Assembly (NCBI GenBank): GCA_001275005.1
Contig: JWZX01003190.1
Span: 1 to 37,325 of the forward strand
Source: Chrysochromulina tobinii
Lineage: Eukaryota
Reading direction: 5' to 3'
DNA length: 37,325 nt
Below, piece after piece: positions 21,247 through 30,967 of this stretch. Both the position numbers and the translations under genes were made by a program. Numbering within the stretch: position 1 is the stretch's first letter; each line of letters opens with the position of its first letter. Under the pieces are notes generated by a model. The model was not told the DNA's origin. It saw only the letters and a list, made by a program, of their open reading frames with translations, and did no database searches.

Positions 21247-23441
21247 ATGGAGACGAGTGCGACGTCGCCCTCGAACGCGGTCGCGATGATGACGCAGCAG
21301 GCGGAGGAGCAGTGGCGTCGCGCCGGTGGCCATGTGCTCCCGCCATTCGCACCGATTGCGTGCGCGAGCCGTCGAGCATTTGCGCTCCTGCAGGCGGCTG
21401 CAGCGCTCGACCAGGAGTGCGCACGGCTTCGACAGGAGCTGTGCGAGCTCAACACTGGTGAGGACGCAACGCGCCGCGTGCGCGCGTGCGTCTCGCCAAC
21501 GTCAAAAGCCGGCGCGGCCGCACAGCAGGAGATGGACGATGAGTCCGACGGCAGCGACCTGCAGGGCTCGCTCGTCGCCGCCAATGTGCGGCCCGGGAAG
21601 CCCTTGGTGCTGCTGTCCGCGCGGGACGGGCTCGAGCACCGAGCGCCCGACGGCTCGCTGCGACTGATCGCCGCCGACATGCTCTCCGAGCGAGAGCGCG
21701 AGCAGCTGCTCGCTGGCGGCTTGGTCGCCATGGCCGGCGCCTTCAGCCGCTGCGGCCAGACTACCCTCGGTATCTCCCCGGCTCTCGCGGCGCGTGTGCT
21801 CGCAACGACGGCGTCGGCGTCGGCCGCCTCGGGCGCAGACGGCACCGCAGGCGCTGCGGCCGCGCTCTCCTCCACCGCTATGGCGGGCGCGGACCTTTCA
21901 GGGACGGTGCCGTTGCTCTACCGCGTCGTCGAGCGCGCGCGCCGTCGGGTGGCCGCTGCGTTCGGTGCCGACCTGGCGTCGCTTCGCGTGAGCGACGCCA
22001 CGTTCACACGGCTGCAGCCGGTCAGCACGCCCGGTGCAGGCGGCGCACGCACACGCAAGCCAGGCAGCGCGGCGCGCTCCAGCAGCACCAGCAGCGCGGG
22101 CCACCATGGCAACGATGGCAGCGCTGGCGAGGACGGTGGAGGCGCTTGCACCTGCAGCGAGCACGACGACGTCGTCGACGAGGACGAGCTGCTGGCATGA
22201 GGCCACCGCCGCCTGGTGCTCTCGACGTGGGTCTGCTGCGGCACGATCAGTTCTGCTACTGGCGCGCACACATCGATCAAGTGAGCGCGTCTGAGGACCT
22301 CTGAGGACCTCTGATGACCTCTGATGACCTCTGATGACCTCTGATGACCTCTGATGGCGCGCACACATCGATCAAGTGAGCGCGTCTGAGGACCTCTGAT
22401 GACCTCGGATGACCTCTGATGACCGCTGATGACCGCTGATGACCGCTGGTGACCGCTGATGATCAGGTGAGCGTCGCGGAGTATGAGTACTCGGCACTCC
22501 TCTACCTCACGCGCTATGGTTCGGCCGCGCCCACGGAAGAGGGCGGCACTGGCGCCACTGCCGGCGGCGCCGCTGCCGGCGGCGCCGCTGCCGCCCCAGT
22601 CGGCGATTTTGAGGGCGGGCGGCTCGTCTTCCACGACTTGGACGCCGATCGGGTGGTGCTGCCCGAGCCTGGCGTGCTGGTCGCCTTCGAGTCTGGCGCG
22701 CCCAACCTGCATGCTGTCCAGCGCGTGACGCGCGGCAGCCGCTTCGCGCTCACGATGTGGTTCACAAGCAAGGCAGAGATGCCCGGCGCGGCGGTGGACC
22801 CGACGCACGCGGCGATGCAGCAGTGGGCAGCGGCCCTGCCAGATCCTCGTGTCGATGCCCCGTCCCCCATCACGCCACCGCTCACGGCGGCGCCATCAGA
22901 GGTCATCAGCGGTCATCAGCGGACATCAGTGCTCGCGACAGCGCCGCCGCCGCCTTTGCCGCCGCTGCCAGCGCCACCCTCCTCCAGGCTGCCCTCACGC
23001 GAAGAATCGCTCGTCTCGGCGGCCATCTGTTCTCTACCCGCAAACGATCCGCTCAATCGAGCGCTCGTCATCGCCAACGCCGCGGGCGGCCATCAGCTGG
23101 GTGCCATCCTCGAAAGAGCATTAGGCATCCCTGCTGCTCTAGCATTTGCGACGCCTCGCCCGTCCCCAGGCCAGCCACCGCCGCCGCTGCGGCTGGTGGA
23201 CGGCGTCGGCGGTGCATTGCTTGCGAGCCGCGTCGGCGCGCTCGACGCGCTTCAGACGACGCTGCTGCGGGCTCGGGCCGAGAGGGCAGCTCAGCAGCGC
23301 GCGAAACGGCCCACGCCCACGCAGGCCGTCCCCGGCCTGCAGTCACCGCCTCCAGACCCGCTGCCAGCCCCGCCGGTGGGCGCAGATGCGCCTGCGCCGG
23401 CCAAAAGCGGCGACGATGCCTTCTCCGTGTTCGACTTTTAG
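21247..23441 (+). CDS. 2OG-Fe(II) oxygenase, OGFOD3/prolyl-hydroxylase-like; one intron (22281-22466) and an apparent frame disruption near 22188
   Basis: DATFTRL; HDQFCYWRAHIDQ|VSVAEYEYSALLYL (HxD motif); DFEGGRLVF; NLHAVQRVTRGSRFALTMWF (distal His and Arg). Confidence 0.78.
22281..22466 (+). other. Repeat-filled intron (186 nt)
   Basis: GTGAGC...GATCAG; decamer array CTGA(T/G)GACC(T/G); internal copy of the exon end plus donor (22355-22399 = 22260-22304); junctions GATCAA|GTGAGCG and GATCAG|GTGAGCG. Confidence 0.85.
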
Positions 23442-23950
23442 GAGCCCAGTAACCGATGAGAGGGCCCTGCCCCTGAGATGCACAGGTGCGCTCCAGTTCA
23501 TCGCCGGGCGGCAGGCTCCTGTGTCGTCCTGACTCCTGTGCCACTGTCATACGGAGACAACGGTAACGTTTGCACCACGCCATGCACCACACGCGCACAC
23601 CAATTATACGTAAAAGCCTCCCGCTGCGTTGAGCCTGAGACGGTGTGAATGTATTAGATGTTACATGTCACGAAGCCATTCGAGACGATTGGAAAACGTT
23701 CGGTTCGAGCTTGTGTGACCAGTGATAGCTGGACACGGTTTTACGGCGTCACGCGTAATTATGATTCTTGATTGTTGGCCCTTACGTGTGCCACCACAAC
23801 GAGCCCGGGGACCGGACTGTGCTTCGGGACCGCTGCCGCTAGCGCTCGTAAGTGTTTTGTCTTCATACGGCTCGCGCGCAGCGCGGTGCGCGCGCTCCAC
23901 GAGCTTGCAGCTGGTGCCTTGCAGGCGGCGCGCGCCGTCGGCACGTCGGC

Positions 23951-25212
23951 TCAGTCCTGCACGATGACGTGAGGTTGGCTGTTTCCACCAGGCGCTGCTG
24001 AGGAGACGCCCCGTTTGGCCATGCGGAATTGATTGATCCAGTCCTCCGTCTCGTCGAGCGTCACTCCTTGTAACTCGAACTTCCGGTCGAGAGGGTTGGT
24101 GGGCACAAGATCGAAGCGGTTGGGCATGTCGCTGTCCGCCTCGCGGACGCGTACCACGTCATACTGCCTCACGTCAATGGGTGCGCCGTGGTTGACGGCC
24201 ACGCGCAGTCGCTCGGCCATCGGGCCCGTGGCAGCACCATAGTCCTCCCACGAGCGGAAGTAGAAAAGGTACGGGCCCTGTAGCACGCAGTACCGCCTTT
24301 GGAACTTGTCGGTGCCGAAGAAGGCGCCCTTCTCGCCCTTTTTGAAGAGCCAGCCCTCGTGCTTCGAGCCGCCCATGGGGGAAGGCTCGCGCGCCGCTTG
24401 CCGATCCAAAGCGTTCGGCCTCATCGCCTCCGCCTGTTCCTCGGCGAGGCGCGAGTACGGCGAGAGCGCTGTGGTGAGCACTCGCATGCAAGGCAGGCCA
24501 TCCGTGGCAATCAACGTACCTGTTCCTCGACGAGGCGTGAGTACGGGACCCCGCGAGCCGCGGCCTCGGCGACATTCGGTGGCGCGGCCTGTGCGTTACG
24601 GCTGCTCGGGTTGAGGCGCGCGAGGTCGACGACGGCGTTGCCGCCCGAGGCCGGGTCTGACACGCGCAGAGCGCCCGTCACCAGCTTGTCCTCGGGGATG
24701 TGGAAGATCTCAAACATCGACGTCATGCGCTTGTAGACCGAGAAGGCAAAGACTAGAAAGATGATCGTGACCATCGATGCGGCGGCACCCATCTTGATCC
24801 AGGCCATGAACACGGCCGCGCTCACGAGGAAGGCGAGCGAGAGCGCCGCCATCGCGAAGATGTGGATGCGGTGGTCGATCAGGATGTGCACGGCGCGCTC
24901 GAGCGAGCCGTGCGGGCCCTGCAGCGCGAGCCGGTGGCCGAAGACGCAGGCGAAGGAGGCGATGCAGAGCACGTAGAGCGAGAGCGCCATCGCCGACGCG
25001 CCGCACACAAAGTAGCACGCCGAGAGCAGCGGCGGCGTGCCCTCGGGGACCTCAAGCTCCACGAGGCTCTCAAAGGAGAAGCCGGCGACAACCGAGGCCT
25101 GCGTGGCCAGGTTGGTGTAGCGCTCGACGTGGAACTCAAGCTCGCGCTGGCGCAGCTCGAGCGCGTTGCGCTTGACGCCCGCGAGCAACACCTGCTTATC
25201 CGCCTGCAGCAT
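23951..25212 (-). CDS. Orai-like four-TM protein fused to a C-terminal PH domain; 2 exons (25212-24520, 24433-23951), 391 aa
   Basis: TM1 QASVVAGFSFESLVEL parallels Orai TM1 SALLSGFAMVAMVEV; four hydrophobic helices; PH domain HEGWLFKKG...FQRRYCVLQGPYLFYF...RKFELQG...TEDWINQF; phase-0 GT-AG intron. Confidence 0.72.
24434..24519 (-). other. Intron (86 nt) whose 3' end duplicates the upstream exon end
   Basis: Minus strand GTACGTTGATTGCC...GCATGCGAGTGCTCACCA...GAACAG; 24434-24460 matches 24520-24546 at 25 of 27 nt. Confidence 0.85.
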
Positions 25213-25289
25213 CGATCACACGACTTCCGCGGAATCGCGCACGCACAAACCCAAACTCGGGGGCTCCGTGTGTTTGACTATTAAAATGC

Positions 25290-27101
25290 ATGAAACGCCT
25301 ACACGGAATCCATGAAGGTCACGCAGGATTAGGTGCTCGTCGTCGTTCGGTCGTCAAGTGTGTGTACATACCGTACGTGCCGCGTGAAAAGATTTATGTG
25401 AATACAAATTCCATGCATTTCACGGCATCCTTCGTCGCCCTGGGTTCACCAACGACCCTGAGTCCGAAAATGAAACACCGCGACGGCGTGAAGAATGTGA
25501 AAAGAGTTGGGGAAAAGCGAGCGTCCCACACGCTCTCACTTGGGACGCGCGCAAAAACATTGCAGTTCGTGACAATGAAGCGGTCTCTGCAGATGACGCA
25601 GGAGTTCCATCAGCGTACGCCGACTGAGAACACCATCAGCAATCTGAAGAGGTTCCGCGTGTTCCTTGAACAATTCGACGTCAGCCCGGACGGCACCAAG
25701 ACGCAACTGCACGAGCCCGTGCGCTACCGCTTCGACCTCTTCTTTTCGAATGCGCACTGTCTCGAGGGGTGTAAGGCCTGTCTCGAGGGGTGTTGTCTCG
25801 AGGGGTGTAAGGCTTGCAATGAGAGCATGATCCCTTGCACTCCACCGCCGTGCGTATTGCTCAGGGGCTGGGACGGCACGACCGGCCCGACCGGCACCGA
25901 GGTGGAATGCAAGGGCAACAGAAAGACGGTGACTCTCCAGGTGGGACATACGGTCTCATCGTACGAATGGCGCGCCCACAGGCTGCCACGCGAGAAGAAA
26001 GCGGTCTTTCCACGCTTCCGGCTGCGAGTCGCGCCCGTCGATGAGGTCCTCGCCGCCACGCATCCCTGCCTCACGGTGTTCGGTCCGGAATTCAAGGTGG
26101 TGACGAAGCTCACCACGCCACAACCCATGGCGCAGCCTCTGACGCTTTTCGCCTTCTCGGGGAGTGTCTCGGATTCCTCATCTGCCGCAGCCACCGCCTC
26201 CGTGGGGACCTCGCAGTCTCTGCACCCTGAGCAGTTGCTGAGCGACACGGCGGACGCGGAGTCCGCGCCCTCCGCACGCAATCGAACAGTCGACCAGCGG
26301 ATGAGCGGCAGTTCACCGGTCGCGGAGGCGGGCCAGGCTGCGGACGAGGCAACTATTGAGCAGCTGCTGAGAGACACGGCGGACCCGTTGCCAATAGCAC
26401 CGGGCGAGTGGCAAGGCCCATTGCTAATAGCATCAGGCGAGTGGCAAGGCCAGGAGGCGGATCCGGAGGCGGAGCTGGTCCCGCTGTCGCGCCAGCGGGG
26501 CGAACCCAGCTCCGAGGACCGCTCGCCGACCAAGCGGCGCGCCTCATCGTCCACCGATACGTCCTCGCGTGAATGCCCCTCCCTAGCTGCACCTTTCCTT
26601 GAGGAGCCTATCGCTGAAGCGGAGGGCGAAGCAGTTCTGGACCACCTGTTCAGCGCGGATGAATTTGCCAACATGTTCAGCGTTCTTGATACTGAACTTT
26701 CGCTGAGCGGCCCGATGTTTGGCGGCAACAGCTCCACGTCCACCGAACCCACCGCCTCCCTCGCCACCACCACCGTCTCCACCGCCTCCTTCGCCCCCTC
26801 CACCATCACCACCACCTCCGTCACTGCCCGTAACTTTTCCACCACCACCACCGTCGCCGCCACCACCGACGCGACTGCGCACAGCCCGGAGCTTGACGGC
26901 GGCGCGTACCGCTCGCTGAGCACCGCAGCTACCCCACCACTGATGGAAGAGGTGCTCTCAACGGCCGAGCTCAGCTCACGCGTCGCAGTGCAGAATCAGA
27001 TTATCGGTGCGCTGATGCGCCAGCGAGGCGAGCTCATGAATCAGCTCACGGAGATCAAGAGCGACCGGCCACCCACCACCAACCTGCCGCGCGGGCTCTA
27101 G
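25290..27101 (+). CDS. Hypothetical protein with a beta-rich N-terminal domain (possibly DNA-binding), acidic low-complexity middle and C-terminal coiled coil; start uncertain
   Basis: 603-codon ORF; SSYEW...RFRLRVAPVD...LTVFGPEFKVVTKL; NLS-like SPTKRR; terminal coiled coil; several alternative ATGs (e.g. 25470). Confidence 0.6.
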   Translation: MKRLHGIHEGHAGLGARRRSVVKCVYIPYVPREKIYVNTNSMHFTASFVALGSPTTLSPKMKHRDGVKNVKRVGEKRASHTLSLGTRAKTLQFVTMKRSLQMTQEFHQRTPTENTISNLKRFRVFLEQFDVSPDGTKTQLHEPVRYRFDLFFSNAHCLEGCKACLEGCCLEGCKACNESMIPCTPPPCVLLRGWDGTTGPTGTEVECKGNRKTVTLQVGHTVSSYEWRAHRLPREKKAVFPRFRLRVAPVDEVLAATHPCLTVFGPEFKVVTKLTTPQPMAQPLTLFAFSGSVSDSSSAAATASVGTSQSLHPEQLLSDTADAESAPSARNRTVDQRMSGSSPVAEAGQAADEATIEQLLRDTADPLPIAPGEWQGPLLIASGEWQGQEADPEAELVPLSRQRGEPSSEDRSPTKRRASSSTDTSSRECPSLAAPFLEEPIAEAEGEAVLDHLFSADEFANMFSVLDTELSLSGPMFGGNSSTSTEPTASLATTTVSTASFAPSTITTTSVTARNFSTTTTVAATTDATAHSPELDGGAYRSLSTAATPPLMEEVLSTAELSSRVAVQNQIIGALMRQRGELMNQLTEIKSDRPPTTNLPRGL

Positions 27102-27853
27102 TTCGTGCGCAGCTCTGTGGCATCTCCGCTCTCGAAGCCTGCCCGGTCTCTGGGCACGCCTCGAGTGGTGGAATGTGGGCTCAGTCCCTCAGTGGTACAC
27201 AATACAGTGACGGCAGCCCGTGACGTGGGGGGGGGGCAGTGTGCGCTGACCATCTGTATGTATAGCCGAGTCTGAGACGGCAGTTATAGGCTTGGGCAGA
27301 CGCGAACGAATCGCGATCTCGTCCTTCCTGGACCGGACGGGGCGTCCTGACGCTCCTGACGCGCGCCCGGGTCCGCGCGGTAAGAACCGACCGCCCCCCG
27401 ATCGCCGTGACGGCCGAATGCGGTACGGTCTACGGACCTGCGCGCTGCGGACGGAGCGGAGCGCTTTTTCTTAACGTCCGGGTCTTTGTCCGCGAGAGCT
27501 GTGAGAGGTCAATCCGCAGCCGCGTCAGGAGCCACTCGCCAATGCCAGTGACGCACGCAACTAGATATTCTAGACGATACTCATACTGCGCGCTTACACC
27601 TTATTCGTTACTGGAACTTCTGATGCGTTCTGGCTTCTGGGACCCCCCGGTGGCTACACATACGACACACTGCCGTCCTCGTGGCAGCGAGCGGCTCTCA
27701 CGCCAAACAGCGACTAGACTGAAGGCGCCCCTAGACTGAATAGTGACCGTTGCCCTTACGTTGCCCTGGGGCTGCAATACATGTAGGCCCACTCGACTCA
27801 GGCTCCTGGAGCGAGCGTTGGATCTGCTTTGCACCTTGCTGAGCGCGGCCCGT

Positions 27854-30688
27854 TCAGGGCGCCTTGCTTTTCATTTTGAGCGACAGCTTGTCTCCGAGCG
27901 AGAGTGCGATGCCCTGCGTCTTGGAACGAATGCGAATATATCCACAGAGGCTTCCGCCAGCGCGCTTCTCAAGCGACAAGTTGACTAAGGCATCCTCTCC
28001 AAAGGTGGACTTTGCGTACAGATTTGCAGCGAGGAACGCCGAATCCCCTTCGAGCGCCGACGCGGGAGTGAGGCACTTCATATTTGTCGACTTGACCACG
28101 TGGGCAAGGAATGTGTCCACGTCCGTGATGTCCGTGTTGATTGCAACCTTGTTTTCCCATTCGAACTCGGCCCACATGGCACGGAACGCCAAGTCTGAGC
28201 ATGACGCGGGCGCAATGTAATCCATGATGTCAATGTGAATGTCGTTGAGCACCACGCAGTTCCGATCTAGCGGGGCGGCGCCGGCAGCGCCGGGCGCCGT
28301 TGTGTCGTAGACGATCGTCCCAAACACGATGCCAGTCTCGGTGGAAGACACCTTGATATTCGCCTTGATGTGCTTGCTTTCGCCGGGCTTGAGAGTGTAG
28401 GTCTGCGGCCTCTCGCAGAGCTTGAGATCACCGACGGTCGCCAGCTCGAGACACGTGTTGTACATGGTCTCTTTGGACTGGTTGATCAGCATCAGGTCCA
28501 GCATTATGTCGTACGACTGCACGGTGACGTACGCTTCCGCGTACACCGCGTCCGAGAGCCCGGTCAGCTGTGTCACTCGCTTGAGACGCTGTGCAAAGTC
28601 CTCTTGCGAGTCCGCACCTGTGGCTTTGTTCAAGGCGGCGTCGTCGTCATCGTCCAGATCCATCATGCCCTTGTCAGCCGCACGGCCACGGAGCTGACGC
28701 ACAGAGATGAGGTCGTCTGTTTGGCGATTCACCTCGAGCTCGTCCGCCTTTGGAGTGTCCGCAGCTTCGGAAGCAAGGCGTTCGGACAGCATGGCCGAAA
28801 ATGCCTCGCGGCAATCGGTCAAGCAGAGCCGGTTGAGCTCCTGGGACGGATAGGAGAGGACCTGCAGGTTGATGGTGATGCGCTCCTGCGAGTCTGCGTC
28901 GATCTGCGGCATGCCTTGCCCCGCGTGCCCGAGCTGCAAGAGGCCAGTCAAGATCAGGATCACATCCGCAGTCACCAAATTTGCTGTCTGAGGGGGCACG
29001 TGCGCACGCGTGCGAAGCGCGAGCTTCGTCAGCGTCGTTGCGACAACGGTTGCGAGGAAAAAGTCGCCCGCGCACAGCAGCCCCCGCAGCTTGCCAGTAT
29101 CTTGGGCAGCTGTTTGGGCAGCCACGGCCGCCGGTTGATGGCCATAGGTACCATCTGCGAGGACTACCGGGCGCCCGGTTGACTTTGGCGGCGGCGGGGC
29201 AGCGGGTGCCTCGTCAGCGACGCGCGCAGCAAAGGGCAAGTCGCCCATGCTCTGTTTCAGCGTGGTGAACGCGAGCGCCACGTCCTGCGCCTCGGTGCAG
29301 TACTCGCCGATCATCCACAGAGCGACCCGAGCGATTCGAGAGGCATGGATGGACGGGAACGCGTGCAACAGCTTGCGCATGCTGTCGTCGCGCAGGTGTG
29401 GGTAGGTCTCGACGATCTCTCGCACGTACGTGATCACGTCGAGTGCGGACGCCTGGTTGCTATCGCCCAAAAAGTCCATCAAGATGGGGATCGCGGTGGA
29501 GACAGCATCGGGGAACTTGGTCGTTGACTTGTGGATGGAGGTGATCAGCATGGCGCGATACTCAGCGCTCTTGTCGCCGTCCTCGGCCGTCTTGACCACC
29601 TCCTTCTTGAGCACCTGCATCACCTCCCCAATGGTCCCCGGGGTGACGAGGTCGAGGATGATGTCGAGCGTCTTCTTGCGGATGTCGAGGTTGGCCGAGG
29701 CGAGGGCCCGCAGGATATCCATGATGAGCTCGGTGACCACCTTCGGGTGCTTCTTCTTCAGGTCCTGTAGGCGCTCCAGCACGATCAGCTTGATATTGTT
29801 ATCGGATTGCGAGGAGAGCAGCTGCGTGTACGAGCTCGCCGCCGCGCGGATCGCGGTGACGGAAGACGACAGCGCAATCATGGCTGAAGCGCATTCGTAC
29901 ACGACCGCGGTCGACGACGAGTTGAACAGCGTGAGGATGCAGCGTATATACTTTGACTTGTCGTTCGGGTTGGAGCGCACGACCTTGCGAATGAGCTCGA
30001 GGACGACGAGCTGTAGCGTGTCGCTATAGCTGGCAACCTGGTCGATGTTGTTCGAGAGGAAGTGGACTGCGCGCTCCTGATCGGCTTGGAAGAGCATGAG
30101 GAAGGCGTTGCGCTTGCACGAGGGGTCGGCCTCGGCCTGGAGCACCTTCTCCACCAGCTCTGGCCCGTCGGGAAGCAGGTGCTCGAAGGACTTGTAGATG
30201 GCGGATACGGCGAGCACAGCGTTCCGGCGCACAAATGCGTGACGGTGCTCAAGGTTGCTCTTCATCATGGGGATGAGCGGCTCGAGGATTTCGGTCTCCT
30301 TGAGCTTGCACATCAAGCGAAGCGTGCACCCGCGGATCCACTCATTCGGATGATTGAGGTCGTTTCGGAGGAAGTTGGTCACGAGGATCATCTCTGGCAG
30401 CATCTTGCCATCGGGTCCGTGCTTATCCACTACCTCGTAGTACACGAGAAGTAGCTTCTTGATCTTGTGGTCGTCGCAAGGGACGCAGAAGCGAATAACC
30501 GTCATGAGCAATTTGGGCATGGCCTCCCCGGTCAACAGGAGCGAGATGAGCTTCTTCAAGCCCCCAATCTTCTTTTCGGTGTCCTTGGACTCAAGGTCCT
30601 CGCGGATCTCATCCTCGTTCGGGGGCGTCTTCTTGTCAAAGTTCATGAGCACGGTGCAAAATCGTTCATTCACCGAGGAGGGCAGCAT
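27854..30688 (-). CDS. COPB1: Coatomer subunit beta (beta-COP)
   Basis: Intronless 944-aa ORF; DLNHPNEWIRGCTLR, QLTGLSDAVYAEAYV, FRAMWAEFEWENKV, IRIRSKTQGIALSLGDK. Confidence 0.97.
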   Translation of the reverse strand: MLPSSVNERFCTVLMNFDKKTPPNEDEIREDLESKDTEKKIGGLKKLISLLLTGEAMPKLLMTVIRFCVPCDDHKIKKLLLVYYEVVDKHGPDGKMLPEMILVTNFLRNDLNHPNEWIRGCTLRLMCKLKETEILEPLIPMMKSNLEHRHAFVRRNAVLAVSAIYKSFEHLLPDGPELVEKVLQAEADPSCKRNAFLMLFQADQERAVHFLSNNIDQVASYSDTLQLVVLELIRKVVRSNPNDKSKYIRCILTLFNSSSTAVVYECASAMIALSSSVTAIRAAASSYTQLLSSQSDNNIKLIVLERLQDLKKKHPKVVTELIMDILRALASANLDIRKKTLDIILDLVTPGTIGEVMQVLKKEVVKTAEDGDKSAEYRAMLITSIHKSTTKFPDAVSTAIPILMDFLGDSNQASALDVITYVREIVETYPHLRDDSMRKLLHAFPSIHASRIARVALWMIGEYCTEAQDVALAFTTLKQSMGDLPFAARVADEAPAAPPPPKSTGRPVVLADGTYGHQPAAVAAQTAAQDTGKLRGLLCAGDFFLATVVATTLTKLALRTRAHVPPQTANLVTADVILILTGLLQLGHAGQGMPQIDADSQERITINLQVLSYPSQELNRLCLTDCREAFSAMLSERLASEAADTPKADELEVNRQTDDLISVRQLRGRAADKGMMDLDDDDDAALNKATGADSQEDFAQRLKRVTQLTGLSDAVYAEAYVTVQSYDIMLDLMLINQSKETMYNTCLELATVGDLKLCERPQTYTLKPGESKHIKANIKVSSTETGIVFGTIVYDTTAPGAAGAAPLDRNCVVLNDIHIDIMDYIAPASCSDLAFRAMWAEFEWENKVAINTDITDVDTFLAHVVKSTNMKCLTPASALEGDSAFLAANLYAKSTFGEDALVNLSLEKRAGGSLCGYIRIRSKTQGIALSLGDKLSLKMKSKAP

Positions 30689-30967
30689 GGCCACGCACCC
30701 ACCACTGGACAGCTGGGGGGCGAGGTCCTCCGCCTGCCGTCACGCGAATGCGCTGCGGAGCGCAGAAAGCGACGGCATGAAGTTCCGGATCGCGTCTCGG
30801 CGGGCGACCTCTGTCGCGTTTCGCGCATATGAAAAGATCGAAGATAAAGAGGTCACAATCCGAGACTGCACCACCCCGCGTATGCACACAACAGAGGGGT
30901 TGCACGCCTTCCCGTGACCCTTCCAAGTTTGCTAGGATCCTGTTCACGGGAACGCCACGTCATTACG

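Noticed and set aside
22198..22200. TGA as selenocysteine or readthrough in the oxygenase
   Set aside because: The catalytic HxD motif is in a different frame, so readthrough would not restore the protein.
28370..30454. Long plus-strand ORFs opposite COPB1, and similar antisense ORFs throughout the window
   Set aside because: Shadow ORFs expected from high GC and codon bias; no recognisable motifs.
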